Assembly: GCA_021202895.1 (NCBI GenBank)
Contig: JAJQCE010000029.1
Coordinates: 9,664 to 73,663, forward strand
Direction: 5' to 3'
DNA from: Ruminococcus sp.
Lineage (GTDB): Bacteria; Bacillota; Clostridia; Oscillospirales; Ruminococcaceae
DNA: 64,000 nucleotides
The position numbers were made by a program, and so were the translations under genes. The notes beneath the pieces were generated by a model. It was not told where the DNA came from, did not search any database, and saw only the letters and a program-made list of their open reading frames with translations. This document shows, one piece after another, positions 57,635 through 64,000 of the stretch. Numbering within the stretch: the stretch's first letter is position 1; each line of letters begins with the position of its first letter.

Positions 57635-57707
57635 TGCCTCCGGACGGAATCGAACCATCGACACGGGGATTTTCAGTCCCCTGCTCTACCTACTGAGCTA
57701 CAGAGGC
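57635..57707 (-). tRNA. tRNA-Phe(GAA), CCA not encoded
   Basis: GCCTCTG stem, GGGGA-CTGAAAA-TCCCC anticodon arm, TTCGATT T-loop. Confidence 0.95.
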
Positions 57708-57920
57708 AAGAAAATATTCAAAATATAATCTTGACAAATATCCCCATCGAGGATAACATCAGGTTTATTTTTTTACAAATGAAATTCACAGCAAATTCCA
57801 CACCAAACTTCTCCCAGCGAAAATTCGGAAACAATCCCCGAAATTTCACGCAGTGAAATTTATAGCATATGCACACCAAAAATAAAAGCGACTAACAAAG
57901 TAAACGCATATGCGTGCGAG

Positions 57921-57994
57921 CGACCGGAATGGGGCTCGAACCCACGACCTCCAGCGTGACAGGCTGGCGTTCTAACCAACTGAACTACCCGGCC
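57921..57994 (-). tRNA. tRNA-Asp(GTC), CCA not encoded
   Basis: GGCCGGG stem, CCAGC-CTGTCAC-GCTGG anticodon arm, TTCGAGC T-loop. Confidence 0.95.
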
Positions 57995-58025
57995 GAATAA
58001 ACGGAGCAGATGCCTGCTCCGCAAA

Positions 58026-58101
58026 TGGTGGAAACTATAGGACTCGAACCTATGACCCTCTGCTTGTAAGGCAGATGCTCTCCCAGCTGAGCTAAGCTTC
58101 C
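58026..58101 (-). tRNA. tRNA-Val(TAC) with encoded CCA
   Basis: GGAAGCT stem, TCTGC-CTTACAA-GCAGA anticodon arm, ends ACCA. Confidence 0.96.
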
Positions 58102-58137
58102 ATTTCATAATTGCCTTTTTAAACTGACAACATAATG

Positions 58138-58166
58138 ATTATACAACATTTTCGCTCTGATGTCAA
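58138..58166 (-). promoter_or_regulatory. sigmaA promoter of the tRNA operon
   Basis: TTGACA-17-TATAAT. Confidence 0.8.
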
Positions 58167-58321
58167 TAGATTTTTTGATTTTTAATGATTTTTGTCAACT
58201 TGCACAATTTTTTTGCACAAAATTTGTGCGTTTTGTCAGTTTCAATAATTTCAATTTTATGATATAATAAATATATATAAGTAAATTTGGATTTCAATAT
58301 TTAATTAAGTGGTGATGAATT

Positions 58322-59488
58322 ATGAACAAAATCTTGTGCGTAAAGAGATTTTTCGTTGTGGTCTTAAGCTTTGTTATGACGCTTTGTATGCTAGGCGTTG
58401 ATATAGACCTTGATACATCAATAACTGTAAGCGCTGCGTCAACATACACTATATCTGTCAAATCTAAGGAAATGTACTCTATGTCCTATGCAGCTCTTGA
58501 TTTAATTAACGCCGACCGAACAGCCAGCGGAGTAAGCAAGCTGACTATGGACGAAACGCTTCTTGAAATTGCGGCACAGAGAGCCGCTGAAATCAGCTTG
58601 TACTTTAGTCACACAAGACCTGACGGCTCAAGCTTTAACTCGGGCTTTGACTATGCTTCTTCCTGCGCTGAAAATATCGCTTACGGTCAAACTACGGCGG
58701 CTAAGGTTTACTCCGCCTGGAAAAGCTCCTCAGGACATTATAGCAATTATATGAACTCAACATACAAAAGAACTGGTCTTGCTTGTGCATATATTAACGG
58801 CACATATTACTGGGTTCAGGTTTTTGACAACGGCACAGCCGATTCAATTTCGCAACCTTCAAATACAACTGTAACAAGAACAATCAAGGCAAGCTCCTCA
58901 AACGCTTCAGGCTATGTCCCTACTTCCACTCCAAAAATAACAAGTATTACAAATTCAGGCTACAAGGTTACGCTTAAGTGGGAAAAGGTTTCTAACGCAA
59001 ACGGCTACAGAATTTATAAATATGACAGTACAACAAAATCATATAAGAAAATTAAGACAATCACCTCTGCTTCAACACTTAAATATACAGATAAAACTAC
59101 AAACGGCGGCGATACAGCTAAGTATGTAATTAAGGCTTACCGCAAAAACGGATCGTTTACAGGCTGGACTGCGAAATCCTCCGCTAAAAGCATTAAAACC
59201 ACTCCGTCAACACCAACTATGAAATCGGCGAGCAAAACACAAACAGCCGTGCGTATCAACTGGTCAAGCGTGGACTGCGACGGATATAAAATTTATAAGT
59301 ACAACTCATCAACAAAGAAATATGAACTCATAAAGAAGGTTTCAGGCTCCACAACAACCTACAGACTTTCAGGACTAAAAAAAGGTACTGCGTATAAATT
59401 TAAAGTCAGAGCATACTATATCAATACGGCAGGCAATTACGTTTACAGTGGCTACACAAGCGTAAAAAAAGTAACTACAAAGAGCTAA
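58322..59488 (+). CDS. Secreted CAP/SCP-domain protein with two FN3 domains
   Basis: Signal peptide; LINADR, AAQRAAEI..YFSHTRPDGS, AENIAYG, W..S.GH..N; two TLKW..V....GY.IYKY...YKFKVRAY units. Confidence 0.88.
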   Translation: MNKILCVKRFFVVVLSFVMTLCMLGVDIDLDTSITVSAASTYTISVKSKEMYSMSYAALDLINADRTASGVSKLTMDETLLEIAAQRAAEISLYFSHTRPDGSSFNSGFDYASSCAENIAYGQTTAAKVYSAWKSSSGHYSNYMNSTYKRTGLACAYINGTYYWVQVFDNGTADSISQPSNTTVTRTIKASSSNASGYVPTSTPKITSITNSGYKVTLKWEKVSNANGYRIYKYDSTTKSYKKIKTITSASTLKYTDKTTNGGDTAKYVIKAYRKNGSFTGWTAKSSAKSIKTTPSTPTMKSASKTQTAVRINWSSVDCDGYKIYKYNSSTKKYELIKKVSGSTTTYRLSGLKKGTAYKFKVRAYYINTAGNYVYSGYTSVKKVTTKS

Positions 59489-59492
59489 ATCT

Positions 59493-59520
59493 TCGCCGTC
59501 CGAAGCAAAACGGACGGCGA
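59493..59520. terminator. Hairpin between convergent genes
   Basis: TCGCCGTCCG-AAGCAAAA-CGGACGGCGA perfect 10-bp stem. Confidence 0.7.
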
Positions 59521-59531
59521 ATTTTAAATCA

Positions 59532-59834
59532 TCATTCAAAATGCGGAACGCCGAACGGCTCTAAATTGCTGTACTCGCTCCACTGTTCAAGACTTTTGTC
59601 GCTGCCGCTTCTGATAAGCCCTGTACATTCATTCACGCTAGCTGCCGACATCATACATCCTCGCCTGTCCTTAGCTTTTGGCTTGTAGCTTTTTTCACAT
59701 TCGTAAAGCCTCTTGAAAACATCTACTCCGCACTTGTACATTCTCTGCTGAAGCCCTATTGGCAGAGAATTGTAAAAATCCATCGCCTCGCTGTCTGATT
59801 CTAAAAACTCGGACAAATCTTTATACTCACTCAT
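59532..59834 (-). CDS. Hypothetical 100-aa protein
   Basis: AAGGAG RBS before ATG 59834; motifs YKDLSEFLESDSEAMDFYNSLP and SAASVNECTGLI. Confidence 0.65.
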   Translation of the reverse strand: MSEYKDLSEFLESDSEAMDFYNSLPIGLQQRMYKCGVDVFKRLYECEKSYKPKAKDRRGCMMSAASVNECTGLIRSGSDKSLEQWSEYSNLEPFGVPHFE

Positions 59835-59926
59835 AAAAATCTCCTTTGCATATTTGTTTTTAAATATTATCCCACGCAATGCAAGATTTATCAAAGGAAA
59901 TTTTTCATTTTTAAAAGGAGCTTTCT

Positions 59927-60700
59927 ATGACTATAAGACATATAATCCTTATGCTTGAAGCCTGCTGGCTGATGATTTTCTTCGTACCTCTGCCTGTACT
60001 TTGCTCAGGCAATGCTCTCGGAATAGTCTTTTGCGCCATTTTATTTTTTATTACTTTTTATTGGAACGATTCTCTCAGCTTTGTCGCCAGCATTTTCAAC
60101 AGCTCACTTTGCGCGAAAATTATAATCTTAATTGCCGCTTTTTTAATTGCTGCGACAGTGGTATATATTTTTATTCTAAACGCAAAAATGATTATCGCTT
60201 CAAAGCGCAGACCTCCAATTGGCAAACCCTGCACGGTAATAATTTTAGGGTGCAGGGTAAAAGAAAACCGCCCGTCAAGAATGTTAAGGCGCAGACTGGA
60301 TACCGCTCTTGAATATCTTAACGAAAATCCAGATTCGGTTTGTATAGCTTCAGGCGGGCAAGGTGATGATGAAAAAATATCGGAAGCAGAGGCAATGAAA
60401 AGCTATCTGCTTGACAAGAGCTTTGACGAGAGCCGCATTTACCTCGAGAACAAGTCAAAAAGCACCTATGAAAACCTCCTCTTCTCTCGTGAAATTATTC
60501 GCTCAAATTCACTGCCAGAAATCATAGCCACTGCAACAGACGGCTTTCACCAGTACAGAACGCACTTGATTGCAAAATCGCTTGAGCTTGACACCTTTGC
60601 GCTTTCATCTAAAACCGAGCCCAGATATGATCCCACCTACAGAGTAAGAGAATGGCTCGGACTTAGCGCATATTTTTTATCAAACAAAAAATTCAAATAA
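59927..60700 (+). CDS. YdcF/ElyC/SanA (DUF218) membrane protein
   Basis: N-terminal TMs, IILGC, RRLDTA, ASGGQG.DE.ISEAEAM, ENKSKSTYENL, TDGFHQYR. Confidence 0.9.
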   Translation: MTIRHIILMLEACWLMIFFVPLPVLCSGNALGIVFCAILFFITFYWNDSLSFVASIFNSSLCAKIIILIAAFLIAATVVYIFILNAKMIIASKRRPPIGKPCTVIILGCRVKENRPSRMLRRRLDTALEYLNENPDSVCIASGGQGDDEKISEAEAMKSYLLDKSFDESRIYLENKSKSTYENLLFSREIIRSNSLPEIIATATDGFHQYRTHLIAKSLELDTFALSSKTEPRYDPTYRVREWLGLSAYFLSNKKFK

Positions 60701-60738
60701 AAAATCACACAGTATTTTCATTACGGTGTGATTTTTTT
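60698..60738. terminator. Bidirectional terminator
   Basis: AAAAAATCACAC...GTGTGATTTTTT. Confidence 0.7.
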
Positions 60739-60744
60739 ATTAAA

Positions 60745-60990
60745 TCAGTCCTGCAAAACTCTGTAGTTTTCAGCGGCGTTATCCTTTGTCGCATATTCGT
60801 TTACAGAAATCACCTCGACCTTTAACGGCTTTTGTCCCATGTTAATGAGGATAACATCACCCTCCTTGACATTATAAGAGGCTCTTGCGACTTTACCGTT
60901 GACCTCTATTTTTCCAGCGTCGCACGCTTCATTTGCCACTGTGCGGCGCTTAATCAGCCTTGTAACCTTTAGATATTTGTCAAGCCGCAT
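60745..60990 (-). CDS. yabO: S4-domain RNA-binding protein YabO/RqcP
   Basis: MRLDKYLKVTRLIKRRTVANEACDAGKIEVNG. Confidence 0.93.
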   Translation of the reverse strand: MRLDKYLKVTRLIKRRTVANEACDAGKIEVNGKVARASYNVKEGDVILINMGQKPLKVEVISVNEYATKDNAAENYRVLQD

Positions 60991-61060
60991 AATGCTCACC
61001 TCATTTCATTGATAAATTAAAGGAGCGTCCCGAAAAACGAAACGCTTCCCTAAGCTGTAA

Positions 61061-61336
61061 TTACTTGTTTACTGCATCCTTTAAAGTCTGACCTGGCTTA
61101 AATACAGGAACGGTCTTTGCAGGAATAACAATAGATTCCTTGGTTTGGGGATTGCGTCCTGTTCTTTCAGGATTTTCCTTGGTCTTAAATGTACCGAAGC
61201 CTACAAGAGTAATCTTATCTCCTGCAACCAATACATCAGTAATTGAGTCTATTACTGCGTTAAGCGCCTTTTCAGCATCCTTCTTAGAATAGCCGCCCTT
61301 TTCAGCAATAGCGTTTACAAGTTCTGCCTTTTTCAT
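61061..61336 (-). CDS. hup: Histone-like DNA-binding protein HU
   Basis: MKKAELV, LVGFGTF, RTGRNPQT, PVFKPG..LKDAV. Confidence 0.96.
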   Translation of the reverse strand: MKKAELVNAIAEKGGYSKKDAEKALNAVIDSITDVLVAGDKITLVGFGTFKTKENPERTGRNPQTKESIVIPAKTVPVFKPGQTLKDAVNK

Positions 61337-61408
61337 TTTAAAATACCTCCAAATTATTTTTGACAAATCGGCTCTCTGCCGCTGTCTTATATCATCAAGC
61401 TGTAATGC

Positions 61409-62188
61409 TTAATCTTCATCAATATAAAGCCTTTTAACCAATTCCTTCATGCTGTCAGATTTTTCAAGCTTTTCAAATCTTGCAATAAAACCATCGCACT
61501 CATCTCTAAGCAGTTCCTCCGCATCAAAGCCACATAGCCTTGCAAGATTAGCGGAAAGCAGTAGAAGCAGCGCAATTTTTTTGCCTGCATTTTCTTCAAA
61601 ATCATCTGCAAATTCCAACTCTGATACCAAGCGCTTAATTTCATCAAGTATTTTATCAGTACTGTCAAAGTCAACGCCTGCCCTTGACGCACGCTTTCCA
61701 AGCTTCTGTGCACGCATAAGCGCAGGAAAGCTCTTAGGAACGCTTTGCAAAGTGTCAAGATCAGTTTGCTGCTTCTCCTGCTTCTTTATCGAATCCCAGT
61801 TTGATAAAACCTTATCAACAGTATCAGCCTCAACATCGCCGAAAACGTGCGGATGACGCAAAATAAGCTTCTTGCAGACCTCATCGCAAACATCGTCTAA
61901 ATCAAAGCCTCCCTTGTCCTTTTCAATATCCGTGTGAAAGACAACCTGAAGTAGTACGTCGCCAAGCTCCTCACGAAGCATATCAGCGCTCTTACAATCA
62001 ATCGCATCAAGCACCTCGTAGGTTTCCTCGACAAAATCCTTTTTTAGCGATTCATGCGTCTGAACCTTGTCCCAAGGACATCCGTTTTCACAGCGAAGCA
62101 AGGAAACAACCTCGACTAAATCGTAAACATTAAAGCCGTCCTTTTTTAAAAGCTCATTAACCCGATCTTCAAAATTCAACGTTTTCAC
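61409..62188 (-). CDS. mazG: MazG-family nucleoside triphosphate pyrophosphohydrolase (YabN C-terminal part)
   Basis: LRCENGCPWDKVQT, EETYEVLDAI, EELGDVLLQVVFH, RHPHVFG. Confidence 0.92.
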   Translation of the reverse strand: MKTLNFEDRVNELLKKDGFNVYDLVEVVSLLRCENGCPWDKVQTHESLKKDFVEETYEVLDAIDCKSADMLREELGDVLLQVVFHTDIEKDKGGFDLDDVCDEVCKKLILRHPHVFGDVEADTVDKVLSNWDSIKKQEKQQTDLDTLQSVPKSFPALMRAQKLGKRASRAGVDFDSTDKILDEIKRLVSELEFADDFEENAGKKIALLLLLSANLARLCGFDAEELLRDECDGFIARFEKLEKSDSMKELVKRLYIDED

Positions 62189-62236
62189 CGCCTAAAAAAG
62201 TCTCCAATTCTATTTTAACCTATAATCAAAAAAATT

Positions 62237-63976
62237 TCAAGTGTTTTTCGATATTTTTTTTGAAAAAATTGATAATATTTGATTTTTCGGCGAAATGCAC
62301 AATAATAGGTACGAAAAAAGACATATTATTGCACTATTTAGCACAGAAATTACAACTCCAAACCTTAAAAATACTCCATCTAGCCTTGAAACTAAAAGCT
62401 GCTGAGTTAAAATTGCAGTGCATACGCATAGAAATGATGGCAAAAATGTAACAAATATACTCTTCAAAGCTTTCCAACCGCACCCAGTTCCTTTTACAAG
62501 ACTTGCAACAGCCGCCATGCACATCACTGCCTGAGATATTACAGTTGACAGTGCTGCGCCGCTAATATTAACGCTGTCAAGCGGAATCAAAAGCATATTA
62601 AGCGCAAGCTTTAAAAGAGTTGCTGAAATTGTTATAAAGAGTGCAGATACCTGTTTATTACAGGCACTCAATGCGCTCATGCAGGGCATTGCTATTCCCA
62701 TAAAAATAACAGCTATTCCCAAAATCGAAAGTGGCTTTTGAGAAACGATAATTTCCGCTGTCGAGCCAGAAAAAAACAGATTCAAAAGCTCCTTTGAAAA
62801 AACAAATATTCCAAGACCGCAGGGAATTGAAATTGCGCTTGAAAGCAAAAGCAATGAAGATACGCTCTTTTTAATTTCAGATCTGTCATTTTCCGTATAG
62901 GCGCACGTAAGAGATGGCAAAATACTTTTTCCTAGCATAGCGGTAAAGGTTGGAGCAAGACCGAATATTGTCAGCGCAAGACCTGTGTATGAGCCGTAGA
63001 CAAAACTCGCTCTGTCCTCAGAGGAATATCCGTAGGAGCTTAAAAATACAAACAGCTGTGGGTTAGCTGAAAAAGCTTTGTTTAACCCTGGAGTTATTGT
63101 CAAAAGATCCGCCATAGATGAAAGCGTTGCTGCTACTGCTGTTACCGAAGCAGGCAAAGCATATTTTGCGATTTGCTTTGAAGCAGTTATAAATCTCAAA
63201 TTAAGCGGCAGACTGTAAGCTTTAAGCTCCGCCGCAATGCTGTGCGAACGTCTGCGGTTTATTATAAAAAGAAAAATGCAGGCAAAAAACGAAGCAAGAG
63301 ATACTCCGAGCGCTGAGGCGGCAGCCGCATAAGGAACAGCCGTAAGCACAGCGGCTCTTGAATCGCTGCAATATATGCCAAAGCAGCCGTGGTAGCTTTC
63401 AAAGCTTTTGTTTGCGTAATCAAGAACAAGGTAAGCTCCTAAAAGTCCGAAAATGAGCTTAAAAACCGTTTCAGCAATTTCCGAAACGGCTGTAGGCGTC
63501 ATGCTTTCCATTCCTTCAGCCCAGCCTCGCTGAACATTCATCATTGCCGCAGGAAACAGTGACAAAGCAACAGCAATTAAAGCGTACTGCGCCTTTGGAA
63601 TATGTACAGCATTTTCCGCAAGCGTTCCAGACAAAAGTATAAGCCCAACTGAAAGTGCCAATGACATTAAGCCAAAAATCAGCATGGCGGCTTTTTTTAT
63701 TTTAAGCGCATTGTAATATCTGCAGGAAGCAAGCTGCTGAGAAACAAGCCTGCTCATTGTGCTTGGTATTCCGCCTGCCGCAAATGCAAAGACAGGTGTA
63801 AAAACCGCAAACGCACCCGAATAGCAGCTCATTCCGCTGCCGCCCAGCATTGACGTGAGCGGTATTTTATATGCAAGTCCTATAATTTTAGTCACCAGCA
63901 CCATAATTAAAAGCACTGCCGAACCCTTTAAAAAGCTCTGCCTTTTCAAAAATTCACGCACCTTTCGCATAGTCAA
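62237..63976 (-). CDS. MOP-family polysaccharide/lipid II flippase (YabM/SpoVB-like)
   Basis: FLKGSAVL...KIIG..YKIPL, many TMs, GAALSTVIS; yabM-mazG-hup-yabO order; start 63970 or 63976. Confidence 0.85.
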   Translation of the reverse strand: MTMRKVREFLKRQSFLKGSAVLLIMVLVTKIIGLAYKIPLTSMLGGSGMSCYSGAFAVFTPVFAFAAGGIPSTMSRLVSQQLASCRYYNALKIKKAAMLIFGLMSLALSVGLILLSGTLAENAVHIPKAQYALIAVALSLFPAAMMNVQRGWAEGMESMTPTAVSEIAETVFKLIFGLLGAYLVLDYANKSFESYHGCFGIYCSDSRAAVLTAVPYAAAASALGVSLASFFACIFLFIINRRRSHSIAAELKAYSLPLNLRFITASKQIAKYALPASVTAVAATLSSMADLLTITPGLNKAFSANPQLFVFLSSYGYSSEDRASFVYGSYTGLALTIFGLAPTFTAMLGKSILPSLTCAYTENDRSEIKKSVSSLLLLSSAISIPCGLGIFVFSKELLNLFFSGSTAEIIVSQKPLSILGIAVIFMGIAMPCMSALSACNKQVSALFITISATLLKLALNMLLIPLDSVNISGAALSTVISQAVMCMAAVASLVKGTGCGWKALKSIFVTFLPSFLCVCTAILTQQLLVSRLDGVFLRFGVVISVLNSAIICLFSYLLLCISPKNQILSIFSKKISKNT

Positions 63977-64000
63977 ATCAAAGACAAGTTCTTATGCCTT

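Noticed and set aside
57708-57920. Extra ncRNA in the Phe-Asp tRNA spacer
   Set aside because: Only short AT-rich palindromes (AAATTTCAC/GTGAAATTT; CGCATATGCG); no recognisable RNA family.
1-64000. CRISPR array, rRNA, integrase/transposase, prophage
   Set aside because: I saw no regularly spaced repeat-spacer units, rRNA-like sequence, recombinase or transposase ORFs, or phage structural genes. The sulfur island has no visible att repeats, so it is not called a mobile element.

Overview
64 kb of chromosome from an AT-rich anaerobic Firmicute. The gene set (sigmaA promoters, T-boxes, thyX, spoIIID, NPxTG sortase substrate) is consistent with Oscillospiraceae/Ruminococcaceae-type Clostridia. 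Order: tail of a GDP-fucose/UDP-glucuronate polysaccharide locus (gmd frameshifted); a Y-family polymerase with duplicated SOS-like boxes; orphan pduL; frameshifted spoIIID; housekeeping blocks (tig-clpP-clpX, lepB-rbgA-rnhB-yraN-thrC, mnmA, thyX-tmk-...-mltG-U32); a ~20.7 kb sulfur island (28.4-49.1 kb); T-box-thrS; a sortase-anchored multimodular GH5; four tRNAs plus T-box-tyrS; and yabM-mazG-hup-yabO. The sulfur island is the best candidate for an undescribed system. It has two tandem cytoplasmic aryl-sulfate sulfotransferase (ASST) paralogues, an SsuAC-type importer with a CysA-type ATPase, two thioredoxins plus TrxB, a siroheme operon, a siroheme/[4Fe-4S] sulfite reductase and a TusA/ThiS/ThiF/JAB thiocarboxylate module. 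All five promoters I identified for its intact operons carry the same CCTAT-N7-ATAGG-like box, likely bound by the island's Rrf2 regulator. It has no ATP sulfurylase, APS kinase or APS/PAPS reductase. The only cysteine in ASST-1 lies at the end of a flexible C-terminal tail, suggesting (inference) ATP-independent, thioredoxin-driven conversion of sulfate esters to sulfite. All assignments come from motif recognition by eye; no database searches were run.
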